DNA of 64,000 bases from Macrostomum hystrix (taxonomy: Eukaryota > Animalia > Platyhelminthes). The stretch covers positions 12,276,001-12,340,000 of the forward strand of contig CATNEN010000003.1 in assembly GCA_950097015.1 (NCBI GenBank). The letters run 5' to 3'. Positions 22,601-36,510 of this stretch are shown here, piece by piece (positions within the stretch are counted from its first letter, which is position 1; each line of letters starts with the position of its first letter). Below the pieces are notes generated by a model. The model was not told the DNA's origin and ran no database searches. It saw only the letters and a list, made by a program, of their open reading frames with translations. The translations under genes and the position numbers were made by a program.

Positions 22601-24366
22601 CATTTATTTTTTGCTTCATTTGTTTTTATTTCAACAAACGCATACTCAGGTGAGACTGCTCACAGGAAAGACCCAATTATCTAGCAGGTGTTTAGTTGCC
22701 AAGGCATACAGTCGCATATTGGACACTCGGCAGGCATATTCTCGACTGCCCAGAACTTGAAGAGCAACAGTGTGGCCAAGAATCTCTTCGTGTTCAAGAA
22801 CTCCGCGAACCAGATCTTGCAGACTGCGATAATCGAATTCGTCTGTATATCTGTAAGATTAAACAATGCGGATTAGGTCAATCGAGTTTCTAAGAATCTC
22901 GATGCGGCCTGTTCTGATAGGATACAGATTAATAAGTAATTAATACACTCCACTGAGGTACTACCTTATTCATGAGCACACGAAACTAATTTTCTTAAAA
23001 GCGCCAACTTTTTCTTGCGCATCTTCTGAAACAATAATCAAGTCGCCAGCTCTTCAGACCGTCCAGATATTCAATCGTTCTGGCTGAAGGTCAGATTTTT
23101 CCCATAAGCGCTAGTTTATTTCATGCACCCCTATACATAAATTAGCACTGCGCCTCAGTGCGGCCTGCCAGGCCTTCAAAATTTATCAGCATGTCACCCA
23201 AATGTGCCTGCATTATCTCCGTCTTTGGTGGTCACCTACCTTTATCTAGACGAACTGCTGGACCTTCAAGGGCTACAACAGGTGGAACTAGGCCACTATG
23301 GACACCCTGACGCGAATTTCTCCAATTTCACTGATCAAGCCTAAATATTAGGCGCAGCTCAACAAAAGGATTAACAACACTATTAGCATTCGGGGCTGCA
23401 AAAAAATTCATAGTATAAAAACAGGCGGCAAAATGGCTTGGTAGTTCTACTGTTAACCATAAATTTTTTTTGCAGTAGGGCAAAGGTAGGGAACAGAATA
23501 CCGTGACACCTAGACCAGCAGCCAGCGAGGAGGCAGCTCTGCCCATTCCGCTGACTCCTGAGCACACACTCACGCAGGTGTGTACATCACCACTGGACTT
23601 TCAAAACAACAGTCAGCGTACACTATTTTTTACTTTTTTTCTTACTAAATCATAAATAAGACACAAGAGATACGTACCTAGGCGGCACATGTACAGAGCA
23701 GACAGCCAATCCTAGATCGATAATGCCAGTCCACAACCTGCTCCGACCGCAGGACATAAGAGCAGCTCTATCTAGTTTGACTTTCTCAGCCGACTCGCAC
23801 AGCAGTCTCAGACAGCCAGTCTCTGCGTTGGTTACAGCAACGTACGCTTGTTCGTGAGCATTCATCAGACTAGATGCATTGGATCCGCCAATAGTTGATC
23901 GCATAATCAATGTCAGCAAACTATTAGCATCTTTGGCGCGCCGTTTTTTGTGCTCGACTAACAATGCAGCCAAATCAGCGTTAGTTACTAGATCAGCCGG
24001 GGCCAATATGAAATCATTCTTAACTAGATGACTTTGATCTAGATCGCGCATTACATCGCCAAGACTGCAGACACTGGCTGGGCATTGACGAATCACTGGC
24101 GGAGTTGGAAATCGTTTAGCCTGAGCAGACACGGCCAAGTGTTTGGCGATGGCCTCGGAGTGGGATCGACAATAGACAATGCACTCTTGCACTTTAGCAT
24201 CGGCCAGTGATTTTAGTGGATAATCAATTAGTGGAATGCCAGCCAATGGCAGCAAGGCACGCGGCAGAGTGCGTGTAACTGGGGCAAATCGGCTGTTGAA
24301 ACTGTCAGCTAATAGTACAGCTTGCAGTACTGGTACTGGATCTTTCTCATCAGTCGGCTTTGACAT
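19640..24366 (-). CDS. EIF2B5: translation initiation factor eIF2B subunit epsilon
   Basis: Exons 24366-23678, 22850-22664, 22156-21725, ~20742-20488, 20359-20053 and 19905-19640. Contains LQAVLLADSFNSRFAP, FDY..DLVRGVL..EEILG, a hexapeptide left-handed beta-helix, EINSIKHA and a W2 domain (FYDKDL...WLNEASEESD). Confidence 0.95.
20845..20990 (+). mobile_element. CORE-SINE fragment
   Basis: CTGGGCAAGACAC...TGCTTCAGTTGACCTAACTGTAAAAATG. Confidence 0.55.
21085..21650. repeat. 30 bp minisatellite in EIF2B5 intron
   Basis: Unit GAGGATCTGGGATCATATCTAACCTAAAAC. Confidence 0.96.
22255..22515 (+). mobile_element. tRNA-derived CORE-type SINE
   Basis: B box GGTTCGATTCCC followed by TGTGTCCATTAGTAAGACACTTAAC..TGCTTCAGTTCACCCAGCAGTTAAATGGG. 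Same family as 14183-14405. Confidence 0.72.
23505..23600 (-). mobile_element. SINE 3' fragment (family of 32060-32340)
   Basis: Reverse complement matches 32265-32340. Confidence 0.65.
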
Positions 24367-26489
24367 TATTGTTAACTTTCAATTAGTAGACAAATCTGCA
24401 ATAATAAATGTATCAATGAGCAAGTCTGTCTATTATGCTTCAATTAACATAGCAGTAAAATGGGTGAATTAACATTGAAGGGTAGTGGGAGGGGGTTTGA
24501 CCCCAAACCTGTTGAGTCCCTAGAAAGGCTTGAATTCTCATTGGATGTAGTCTCTCTGGCTTAGCAATTCCAGTTCACTATTGGTCTTTTGACTTCTTCT
24601 ATTTATATATTGAATATATATTTAGCAAACTACATATCCTATTACATTTCTCCAAGTTACATGCATCCACATGACACATAAGCCTAATTTAAGATATGCT
24701 ACAAAGGTTAAAGGAAGTTAAAAAATTTGTCATAGATAATATGTATAAGCTATGGGATATGTATACTATGAGATATTTATATGTATACTTGGATATATTG
24801 TCAAATTTTGGTTATAGCCAAACTCTAGTATTTTAACTTTACAAACTAGCAATAGGTCTAGTCTTGTCTAGCTAAAGTGGTTTGACATAGAAATGATAAC
24901 TTGTGATATTTGTCTAAAAGCTAGTCCTAACCAAGGCATATCCAAAAACAGCCCAAGGCCAAGAAAGTTAGCTATTCCAAAGTAGCTAACCTAAAAAGAT
25001 ATTTTATCAATAGGCAATAGGCCTCTCAATTAATAACATTTCAAAATGTAGTAGGCCAATTGCAAAATGGCTAGGCGCCTAGGCCCTACCCTATGAATGT
25101 TTAGCTCAATTCTTATTATTTATATTATCAATATAGTCATTTCTTGAATATTTTAGTAGGCCTTTTATTGATTAACTAAAGATAAGGCTCATATTCATAA
25201 CATAAAAAACTTGACAGATAAAATTGCTCTACAGTAGGGCTACAAATTAAAAAAGTACATTGATATTTTCACTTTTATTGTTAAACTAGATATACTAACT
25301 TATTTATAACTAAGTGACAGGAAGTAATTTTTAACGCAGAAGCATTTAACATTATTAGTCGACCACCTATAATTTGTACCAAATAATTACAACAGTAGGC
25401 ACGAAAATTGCTTAACGAAAAACGTGTTCAAGCAAATAAGTTCAACTTCAGTTCAGTGGTTCAGTGGTTTTAATTCAGTTACTTGTTTTAGTGTAACTCG
25501 CTATTTCATAAATAACCCAAAGTTATTTGGGTTAGAATTTCTTAGAATTTTCTTAGATATTCTTTGAGTTTCTTAGAATTTCGTCATTTTTTAAGGAAAT
25601 CTATAATTCTTTTCATTAAAACGATTACAATAAAATTTGATGTAAGGTAAACCGATTTTCAATAACTAATCACCAATTAAGGATCAAATTATTACTATTA
25701 TCATTATTACTACTGCTAATAGCTTTAGTGGTTCTTCTGACGACATATCTATTCTGACTGTTATGTATTCACTTATTAGCGTTTTCCAAGATTAATGTTT
25801 ATTTATTACGTAAAGTTTTCCCATCTAACTTATATATGCATTATCTTGTGTATAAAATAAACTGCAATTATTACTGCCGTAGACGGTCGGATTGATCGCC
25901 ATAAAGAATTTACAAAGCATGTGCATATGTTGGCAAGTTACTTAAGGTGTGTAAATTAAATGTTAACTTAAATTGGCGCTAGATTTGTTTAACTGAACTC
26001 TACTCGCGATAATAGAATTTGTACCGATGTTGCTATTTCGAATATGACACATTTGACCGCTGCAATGTAGGCCGTTTGTGCGTAATGCTTTATGCGTCGA
26101 TAAGAACCTAAGCCGAAATTAAAGAAACTAAGATAGCGATTAACTATGGCCGGGGCACTATCTAGATCTAGAACAGTCCGAGTGAATAAGACGCCACCTA
26201 TACTAGCTAGCTTACTGCTTTACTAGCTACAGCTAGCTACAGAAAACAAGCGTACAGCTTTATTTCTGGGACCTATATAGTTCTAACTGCAAATATACGA
26301 ATATTAAAAAGCGGTCAATATTAAGAAAAGATGCAGGTGCACGAAAGGCCGTAGTTGCTGCCACCAGAAGCATAACTGACGCGACAGTTTAACCCAAAGC
26401 CAAATATTTAGGAACAAAAACAACAAAAAATGCAGCACAACAGGGAGAAAAATAAAGGAGAAAAAACATGACAAAATAAAGGTAGAAGG

Positions 26490-26840
26490 TAGTGCGATGC
26501 GTCTATAGTGCGTCTATGCGGCCCTCCAGCGACTCGGTGGTTGCAGTCCATGTTTCAACATTGTCTCAACAGCAGGACCGTCTAAACAATGACCACGAAG
26601 ATCGTCGAGCTTGGACGCGGTCCGGCAGAGTCTCACTACGGCTCAGTGGGCGAATGGAATGCAGTGCTGCCCATGCGAGGCCCCTACGTCACGCAAGGTC
26701 GTCTTGCGCATTGGGCACCAGGCCGGCGAGATAGGTGATCGTGCAGCGATGGCTGTTTGCCCTTCGGCGGCTTGACAGCTGGGAGTCCCGCAGGCACCGT
26801 CAGAACTTCCATCTTGCTGATGTTGACAACCAGCCATTTA
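26490..26840 (-). pseudogene. decayed RTE-like LINE reverse transcriptase fragment
   Basis: Minus-strand frames give LVVNISKMEVL, ITYLAGLVPNAQDDLA*RRGLAWAAL, GHCL and DNVETWT, with frameshifts and stops. Confidence 0.6.
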
Positions 26841-27882
26841 GTAGCTTATTATTGTATTCCCGAATTAAATTGAATTGAAATTATTGATATTCCTCTCGCT
26901 CCTTACATAAGCGATCAGTTGGAAGTCAAAGATAACCAATTAGCAAACCAAGGATGGGATATTCGAGTCATTAGAATCCGGGGGAGGGATCCTTTGATCA
27001 GGGGAATTAAATTTAACTAGGGGAACAGATTCGACAGTTTCAATGCAGTTTTTTATTCCAAATTTGAACGCGCGTGCCTATATATAAAAAAGAATAGGAG
27101 ATCAGATTAACATAGCAACTCACAAAGAAGGAATATAAATGAAAACTTAAAACAATAACAACTCACGATAATTATTAGGAAATTAATAAAACTTTGTTAT
27201 AACGAATATCAATTATTGACACAAAGCGTCGGTTGCAAAAGAAGGTGCACAAAGGAACATTAATAAAAGCCCTAGCTACTAATGCACATTCAGTGCTATA
27301 TTAAAACTTTATAAGATAATAAATTGTTAATTAATTACTAGTTACACTCGACCAATACAGTATATATAAAATTCATCATAAATTAATGTAGCTAATTCGA
27401 CATATTTATAAGGTTACGATAGTAAGACTATAATTAAGACATTTACAGCTTAATTTACATAGTATACCGGCCGAATCAACATAGTAGTTATATATAGCCA
27501 CATTCTGTTGCCACACAAATACATACATAATGTCCTTGTATATTGCTAATTAATATTATAGGGATTTTATAGCGAAGATAAATTTAAATGTACATCTAGA
27601 TAAAAATCAAAAATTTTGGCACCCATTCAAATTATTTTCTGTCCTCGCTTAGACACACACTTATACAGATTTGATTAAACACAGATATAGCTCGGCACTA
27701 GCTTCGTTTGTTTATGCGAAACTTTTGCAAACCGACTGCTATAGCTGCTGTCTACCAGTTGGATAACAACGCCAACACTTTGTGTGATTTTGAAATAGGG
27801 ACAAATTTTGCTTAATAATTTATATATTCTAGCTGGTGTTTTGTGTGCAGGTATCTGTGCAAACTGTCTGCAGCTATCAGCA

Positions 27883-30800
27883 ATGGAGTTGTTAAGCAGA
27901 CTGACACAGCAGACGTCCATCTTGACAGCGCTGCTTTCACTATCAGGTTGCCTCGCAGTCATCGCCAATGCTGAACCGAATCTAACCGCAATAAAAAGCA
28001 GTGGTGACACTGTCCGATTTCAGAAATCGCTGCCAGAGACTTCAACAACAATCACCGCCCCACCCGTCGAGCGCCCTGAATCAATCGAAGAAGAAAATGT
28101 GAAGCGCGCATTGCTGATTGGACCAACATTGAGTTTTGACAGGATTTGCGATCCGCTGGGGTATAGCGGACTCTACCAGAGGCACAGACTTTCCATTCCG
28201 ATTCGAATCGATTCACCAATTAATATTTCAGTCAACTTCACGACAATAAAAATTCAAGTTAGCTTTGACGAGTCTTTGACGGACACGGATGCTTCCGTTA
28301 AACTCGTTGCCCAGCTTAGAAAGCAGCCAGGATTGGGTCTACTGATCATCCTGTGTACCAGTTTCAACAGGTAAGACAGGAATGTTGTAGGGTTTGTTGT
28401 ACTGGCTGTTGTAGGGTTTGTTGTACTGGCTGTTGTAGGGTTTGGGACTGGCTGTTGTAGGGTTTGGGACTGGCTGTTGTAGGGTTTGTTGTACTGGCTG
28501 TTGTAGGGTTTGTTGTACTGGCTGTTGTAGGGTTTGTTGTACTGGCTGTTGTAGGGTTTGTTGGACTGGCTGTTTTAGGGTCTGTTGTACTGGCTGTTGT
28601 AGGGTCTATTGTACTGGCTGTTGTAGGGTTTGGGACTGGCTGTTGTAGGTTTGGGACTGGCTGTTGTAGGGTTTGGGACTGGCTGTTGTAGGGTTTGGGA
28701 CTGGCTGTTTGTAGGGTTTGGGACTGGCTGTTGTAGGGTTTGGGACTGGCTGTTGTAGGGTTTGGGACTGGCTGTTGTAGGGTTTGGGACTGGCTGTTGT
28801 AGGGTTTGGGACTGGCTGTTGTAGGGTTTGGGACTGGCTGTTGTAGGGTTTGGGACTGGCTGTTGTAGGGTTTGGGACTGGCTGTTGTAGGGTTTGGGAC
28901 TGGCTGTTGTAGGTTTGGGACTGGCTGTTGTAGGGTTTGGGACTGGCTGTTTGTAGGTTTGGGACTGGCTGTTGTAGGGTTTGGGACTGGCTGTTGTAGG
29001 GTTTGGGACTGACTGTTGTAGGGTTTGGGACTGGCTGTTGTAGGGTTTGGGACTGGCTGTTGTAGGGTTTGGGACTGGCTGTTGTAGGGTTTGGGACTTG
29101 CTGTTGTCGGTTTGGGACTGGCTGTTGTAGGGTTTGGGACTGGCTGTTGTAGGGTTTGAGACTTGCTGTTGTCGGTTTGGGACTGGCTGTTGTCGGTTTG
29201 GGACTGGCTGTTGTAGGTTTGGGACTGGCTGTTGTAGGGTTTGGGACTGGCTGTTGTAGGGTTTGGGACTGGCTGTTGTAGGGTTTGGGACTGACTGTTT
29301 GTAGGTTTGGGACTGGCTGTTGTAGGGTTTGGGACTGGCTGTTGTAGGTTTGGGACTGACTGTTGTAGGTTTGGGACTGGCTGTTGTAGGGTTTGGGACT
29401 GACTGTTGTAGGGTTTGGGACTGGCTGTTGTAGGGTTTGGGACTGGCTGTTGTAGGGTTTGGGACTGGCTGTTGTAGGGTTTGGGACTGGCTGTTGTAGG
29501 GTTTGAGACTTGCTGTTGTCGGTTTGGGACTGGCTGTTGTCGGTTTGGGACTGGCTGTTGTAGGTTTGGGACTGGCTGTTGTAGGGTTTGGGACTGGCTG
29601 TTGTCGGTTTGGGACTGGCTGTTGTAGGGTTTGGGACTGGCTGTTTGTAGGTTTGGGACTGGCTGTTGTAGGGTTTGGGACTGGCTGTTGTAGGTTTGGG
29701 ACTGACTGTTGTAGGTTTGGGACTGGCTGTTGTAGGTTTGGGACTGGCTGTTGTAGGGTTTGGGACTGGCTGTTGTAGGGTTTGGGACTGGCTGTTGTAG
29801 GGTTTGAGACTTGCTGTTGTCGGTTTGGGACTGGCTGTTGTCGGTTTGGGACTGGCTGTTGTAGGTTTGGGACTGGCTGTTGTAGGGTTTGGGACTGGCT
29901 GTTGTCGGTTTGGGACTGGCTGTTGTAGGGTTTGGGACTGGCTGTTTGTAGGTTTGGGACTGGCTGTTGTAGGGTTTGGGACTGGCTGTTGTAGGTTTGG
30001 GACTGACTGTTGTAGGTTTGGGACTGGCTGTTGTAGGTTTGGGACTGGCTGTTGTAGGGTTTGGGACTGGCTGTTGTAGGGTTTGGGACTGGCTGTTGTA
30101 GGTTTGGGACTGGCTGTTGTAGGTTTGGGACTGGCTGTTGTAGGTTTGGGACTGGCTGTTGTAGGGTTTGGGACTGGCTGTTGTAGGTTTGGGACTGGCT
30201 GTTGTAGGTTTGGGACTGGCTGTTGTAGGGTTTGTTGGACTGACTGTTGTAGGGTTTGGGAGTTGATTGTTCTTCTGCATGCTAAATGCTTTAGTATTGT
30301 TATGAAAATTCAAGCTGGCCCATAAATAATATTTTTTAATCCAGATGTCAGCAAATCAAAGAGGCAATCGATACCGATCCTGAGGAGCTCTGGCGCTCCA
30401 TTAAATTTTCCCTGCAAGCAAAAATTAATGGCCGTCTAGTTCGCTTTGATGGTCTTCAAGCAGTAAATTTGCCAGAGTTTTCCTGCAAGCCCAGAGCCTG
30501 GACTGTGTTTCAAAGGCGTGTTGACGGCAATCTGTCGTTTGTTCAGAATTGGAACGCCTACGTTAATGGCTTTGGTAGCCCGGACACCAACTATTGGATG
30601 GGTGAGCTGCTCAGTGGGCTGTTGCACTTCAAGGCTGCGATTGGATTGGTTGAGACGGCTGGGGTTGGCTCTCGATTTGCTGATAGGGCTGTGGTTGGCT
30701 CTTTCGATTGGCTGATAGGGCTGGGGTTGGCTCTCGATTGGTTGATTGGGCAGGGGTTGGCTCTATCGATTGGCTGATAGGGCTGGGGTTGGCTCTCGAT

Positions 30801-31589
30801 TGGCTGATAGGGCTGGGGTTGGCTCTCGATTGGTTGATTGGGCAGGGGTTGGCTCTATCGATTGGCTGATAGGGCTGGGGTTGGCTCTCGATTGGCTGAT
30901 AGGGCTGGGGTTGGCTCTCGATTGGTTGATTGGGCAGGGGTTGGCTCTATCGATTGGCTGATAGGGCTGGGGTTGGCTCTCGATTGGCTGATAGGGCTGG
31001 GGTTGGCTCTCGATTGGTTGATTGGGCAGGGGTTGGCTCTATTGATTAGCTGATAGGGCTGCGGTTGAAAGATGATTTTAATGGGATTTCGGTATCGGGT
31101 TTACTGTTTCACTTTCTTTTATGCATCATAACACAAGGTCTAAACAAATTGTTCGTCATGACGGCAACTTCAACGAAGAGCAGTTACCACGAGACCGCCC
31201 GATGCAGACTTCGCGTAGAACTGCGCGACTTCAATGGCACCACTTACTGGGGTGAGTACGGCCACTTCCAGGTGCTGGATGCGGCTCATAATTATCGCCT
31301 GAGACTGGGCCAAGCGTTGGGCGGCTCTCAACTGAGCGGCTTTGTCGACGTACACAATGAGTCACCATTCAGCACCTACGATAGGAAGCACGACCGACTG
31401 CCTGGCGACTCGTGCTCACAACTGTATGGATACGGCGGATGGTGGTACGGAGCCTGTCACCACGTCAACCTCAACGGAGCCTACCTTACAGACGAGAGTG
31501 TCACGGATAACCCTATTTATGCTTCGTTTCGTTTCGCTAGCAAATTTGTGCCCGTGAAATTCACCGAGATGAAGTTTAAATGTCCATAG
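27883..31589 (+). CDS. secreted fibrinogen-related domain (FReD) protein
   Basis: Exons 27883-28370, 30345-30601 and 31138-31589 splice in frame. Hydrophobic N-terminus; WTVFQRRVDG.LSF..NWNAY..GFG....YWMG, FSTYDR and GGWWYGACHHVNLNG. Confidence 0.9.
28383..30260. repeat. 21-23 bp minisatellite filling FReD intron 1
   Basis: Unit TGTTGTAGGGTTTGGGACTGGC, with a higher-order duplication of about 301 bp (29503 vs 29804). Confidence 0.97.
30640..31060. repeat. 30/32 bp minisatellite (92 bp higher-order unit) in FReD intron 2
   Basis: Unit GATTGGCTGATAGGGCTGGGGTTGGCTCTC. Confidence 0.95.
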
Positions 31590-32059
31590 TTGTTTGATTT
31601 CGCAATTTTGGTTCAATTTGGGTGTCAAAAAGGCGCCAAAATCACTTCTCATTTCGAATGAATTCTTGCTCTTGATACGCGCATTATATCGCCAAACAAA
31701 AACTATGACTTTGGCGGATTATGATTACTGTAAGTAATGTCCATCATTATTAACATTTTAATTGAAAAAAATAATAAAATGAAATAGTATTTTTTTATAA
31801 TTGAATATATAATTTATATATTATATAATTATTAAAATCCAGTTAAATTTAAAGAAAGTAAATAATTAAACTTAGTTTACAAAATTTAATTACATTTTAA
31901 TTCGTATCGCAAACAGCAAACACATTGATTTTTACGTACATTTTGAGATATATGAGATATTGAGAAATATTTAAGATATTCAATCACCTTCAATCACCAT
32001 GAATACAAGTGCAAATATATATTTTCTGAATAAACGAGTACCTAAATCTGCACCACCGG

Positions 32060-32340
32060 GGAGAGGTTGTCAGAGCAGTTAACGCAGTAGCCTAGCTTTT
32101 GCACCGAGGTCCCTGAGTTCGATTCCGCGGCGAGGCCACGTTCATTTGGGCACAGCCACGGAGAGAAGGCTTGGGGGCTTGTCGTGCAATTTACGCCCTT
32201 GAGGGCCAACCTCCGAGGCACAATGAGAGTGTACACTGCCTGAAGATGAGAAAGTCAGGGCAGATGTACACACCTGTGTAAGCGTGTGCTCAGGAGCCAG
32301 CGAAATGGGCAGAATTGCCTCCTCACTGGCTGCGGGTCTA
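32060..32340 (+). mobile_element. tRNA-derived SINE
   Basis: B box GAGTTCGATTCC; the 3' part is repeated at 23505-23600. Confidence 0.65.
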
Positions 32341-32644
32341 TTACCAAATTAAGTGCCATTGCCCACAACCCTTCTGCATTAGGTATTTCTATTTTTAATT
32401 ACTATTGGGTGGCTTATTGCTCAATAACTATTTTTTCAGAACTCTTATACGCGTACAAGCAAATAAATTAGCCAAGAAAAAATACACAAGGATTCATTTG
32501 TTTTATAATTGTTGAGTAATTAGTAATTTAAAGATTAAACGAAGACTTTAAAGAATGGAGTGGTAACTTTTCGACTCCGAAATGTAGCTGGTAACTTGTA
32601 TGATGACTGATATTGCTTAATTGATTGATATCGATTCCTTAATG

Positions 32645-32980
32645 CAGGGGTCGGCAAAATTATTAGCTAGCGGGCCAAAAGGAGAACCTAAGACGACAGC
32701 GGGCCGCATTGACTGTAGAAATATAAGAGAAATATATCAGAGATATGGAAGAGATGAGACAGAGGAGAGATGAGACAAGGGAGAGACGAGACACGGTAGA
32801 GATGACGCACGGGAGAGGTGAGACAAAGGAGAGATAAGGCACGGGAGAGACGAGACTCGGGGGAGATGAGACAGGGGAAAGATGAAACAGTATACTATAT
32901 TTGTCGGAAGGGGCAACGGGCCAGATTTGAAAGCTTTGAGGGCCGCATGTGGCCCGCGGGCCGGAGTTTGCCGACCCCTG
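32645..32980. mobile_element. hAT (Charlie-like) MITE
   Basis: TIRs CAGGGGTCGGCAAA/TTTGCCGACCCCTG, subterminal GGCCCGCGGGCC, and degenerate 8 bp TSD CCTTAATG/CACTAATG. Confidence 0.88.
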
Positions 32981-33402
32981 CACTAATGCATTAGTTCACT
33001 CAACTGTCAACTTTGTACGAACTAAAAAGTACTTTATACCAAAGGTATGTTAAACAATAGTAGTAGCTTGAATATTTAGTTAGTCTGTGGCCTAAACTCA
33101 TAGCCTGAAACAAACTCGAAACAGTACGACTATAACGAGCAAGCAATGAAGCAATTAATTTGCACAAAAGTGCAGAGCCGTAACATACCAATTATGTTGT
33201 GGTTAGCGGGCGTGAAGCGCGTTTTAATCTATGGAATTCGACCATAGACAAAGACAGGCAATAGACAACAGCTGCCGTTAGTTTCAACCTCGCATCAACA
33301 CGCGTATGACCAGCTTTTTACGCAACTTCGTCAATTATTAAATTTTGCTTGATCAAGATACAATAATAATTTCAAAAGATTATTCCAAACAGAGCGCAAT
33401 GG

Positions 33403-35847
33403 ATGCATAATTCCTTTGTATCTACAAGGATGCTAGATTTGATGATATTCGCTGTCACCAGCATTTTGATCGGCTTAGTCAGCTTATCTCTATTCATCGT
33501 CGCATTTTATCTTTATCGGCAGTCTAGAAGGGTTCCTTCAGCTCACGAATCGACTGAGGAGAGAGTGGCTCAAGAAACGTCAGCAGCTAAATTAAAATCA
33601 GGAGATTTCGCGGCGGCAGACATTCAAGCAGTTAAAAATGAAGAAGCTGAGTCAGAAACCAGCTCTAGTACCTGCGACTATTTCAACCAGGAGCTCCGGA
33701 AGAATAGACAGTCTATGATGCAGCAACAGATGAATAGCACTGGTTCCGAAGCCAGCCTGAGTGACTTATCTCCGGATTATTTGTACACCTGCAAGCTGTG
33801 TGGATCCTGCTGTGCTGGCGATGACCAGGTACGGGAACTTATGGGATTCTCTGTGTCATAATGTTTAGCGATAATTTTTTTATTGTAAACCAATCTCAGA
33901 CAATCCCAGACAGTTAACGATCTACCCAATCAGTTAACAATCTACCCAGACAGTTAACAATCTACCCAGACAGTTAACAATCTACCCAGACAGTAAATAA
34001 CCTACCCATTCAGTTAACACTCTACCCAGACAGTAAACAATCTACCCAATCAGTTAACAATCTACCCAGACAGTAAACAATCTACCCAGACAGTTAACAA
34101 TCTACGCAGCCAGTAAACAATCTACCCAGACAGTTAACAATCTACCCAGAAAGTTAACGATCTACCCAGACAGTTAACAATCTACCCAGACAGTAAGCAA
34201 TCTACCGAGTCAGTAAACAATCTACCCAGTCAATAAATAACCTACCCATTCAGTTAACAGTCTACCCATTCAGTTAACAATCTACACATTCAGTTAACAA
34301 TCTACCTATTCAGTTAGCAATCTACCCAGTCAGTAAACAATTTACCCAGACAGTAAACAATCTACCCAGTCAGTAAAAAATCTACTCAGTCTGTCAGTAA
34401 ACAAACTAAACATTCAGTAAATAATATACCCAGTCAGTCAGTAAACAATCTACCCAGACAGTAAACAATCTACCCAGACAGTAAACAATCTACCCAGCCA
34501 GTAAACAATCTACCCAGACAGTAAACAATCTACCCAGACAGTAAACAATCTACCCAGTCAGTCAGTAAACAATCTACCCAGTCAGTAAACAATCTACCCA
34601 GACAGTAAACAACCTACTCAGTCAGTCAGTAAACAATCTAAACATTCAGTAAACAATATAACCAGACAGTAAACAATCTACCCAGCCAGTAAACAATCTA
34701 CCCAGACAGTAAACAATCTACCCAGTCAGTAAACAATCTACCCAGACAGTAAACAACCTACTCAGTCAGTCAGTAAACAATCTAAACATTCAGTAAACAA
34801 TATAACCAGACAGTAAACAATCTACCCAGCCAGTAAACAATCTACCCAGACAGTAAACAATCTACCCAGTCAGTAAACAATCTACCCAGACAGTAAACAA
34901 CCTACTCAGTCAGTCAGTAAACAATCTACCCAGACAGTAAACAATCTACCCAGTCAGTAAACAATCTACCCAGACAGTAAACAACCTACTCAGTCAGTCA
35001 GTAAACAATCTAAACATTCAGTAAACAATATACCCAGACAGTAAACAACCTACTCAGTCAGTCAGTAAACAATCTAAACATTCAGTAAACAATATACCCA
35101 GACAGTAAACAACCTACTCAGTCAGTCAGTAAACAATCTAAACATTCAGTAAACAATCTACCCAGACAGTAAACAACCTACTCAGTCAGTCAGTAAACAA
35201 TCTAAACATTCAGTAAACAATATACCCAGACAGTAAACAACCTACTCAGTCAGTCAGTAAACAATCTAAACATTCAGTAAACAATATACCCAGTCAGTCA
35301 GTAAACAATCTAAACATTCAGTAAACAATATACCCAGTCAGTCAGTAAACAATCTACCCAGACAGTTAACAATCTATCCAGTCAGTAAACTAACTAAACA
35401 CTCAGTAAACAATCTACCCAGCCAGTAAAGTATTTTCAGTCAGTAAGTTGTCTACTTACAACTTTTAGACAGTATGAGTTTCGACAGACAGAAAATGAAA
35501 GACATTCACTTACAGCGAAGACTCAATCTATTTATGAAGTCATTGCGTGTGCAGCCAGTGGTGCAGTGCGAACACTCCGTAAGTCAATTTCTTAAAAAAA
35601 TTGTTTTTTCCAGCCTAGCCTCTCGGAAGGTGGCGCTGTATTCCAGATGTCGCCAATATCCATGGCACCTATGCGGCGAGCGGTTCGAGAACCAATAAGC
35701 CAGATGGAGGGTGTATTGGAGACATCAACATCCACGTCATCGTCTGGGAGAGCTCTGATGCCGACCAACTTGCACACAGTTGGCGATGTCACCAACGACA
35801 CTAAAGTGAAGGGCGACAGCGCACTTCAAATGGAGGAAGAAACCTAG
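33403..35847 (+). CDS. uncharacterised single-pass membrane protein (3' exon structure uncertain)
   Basis: Exon 33403-33828 has a TM helix (IFAVTSILIGLVSLSLFIVAFYLY) and donor CAG|GTACGG. An in-frame candidate last exon lies at 35614-35847 after TTTTTTCCAG. Confidence 0.5.
33905..35445. repeat. 20 bp minisatellite (intronic)
   Basis: Unit CAGTAAACAATCTACCCAGA. Confidence 0.97.
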
Positions 35848-36007
35848 GACCCTATAATAATGGGGACTAGAATATGTGGGAATACGAATAGAAAAAAAAT
35901 AATAAATTTCGTCATAATTTTATGTTCAATTATATGATATAATAGGAACTATGCAAAGAAAAAATAATAAGATTTAGCAATGTAATAATAGTAGCTATAT
36001 AATATAG

Positions 36008-36510
36008 TATTTGGTTTTCAGCTTCTATTTCAAACTAAGCAACGCCAGTTTCGTCCGCGAGACCGGCCTGCCCAAGATAGAGTAGATCAATTTCACAAAA
36101 TGTAACTTCTATTTCATTTCGTCTTGCATTTTTTCATCCAGCTTCAAACACTAAAATAGGCCATGATGTGCCTGTATTTTCAATATATATTTTTCACGTC
36201 TCAGGAAAGACACCAAGTGGGAGACTAACAACAAGAAGAGCTCGTATTGTCGCTCCAAAAATATTGGAGCTTTAAGAGCGGCTGGATGTGAAAGTGTCGG
36301 CGCCATACAATTAGCAGATTATTTATTTTTATGATTCTGTGATATGGGATGATGAATTCACAGGGCCATAAATCTCTCGACACTCGACAGAATTACTATA
36401 ATTGCATTGCGGCGGAGTCGGCGAAGATCAAAGGCAAGGACAAAGTCCGTATTTCACAGAGCGGACGAAATTGAAGTTACTTAGTTTGAAATAGAAGTTG
36501 AAAACCAATA
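36008..36510. mobile_element. MITE with about 50 bp terminal inverted repeats (unclassified)
   Basis: TTGGTTTTCAGCTTCTATTTCAAACTAAG...TTTCGTCCGC is mirrored at 36460-36510. Confidence 0.8.

Noticed and set aside
28364-30313. 649 aa mucin-like ORF, and similar repeat ORFs at 9816, 21149, 43819, 58619 and 62161
   Set aside because: Translations of minisatellites, mostly inside introns of recognisable genes.
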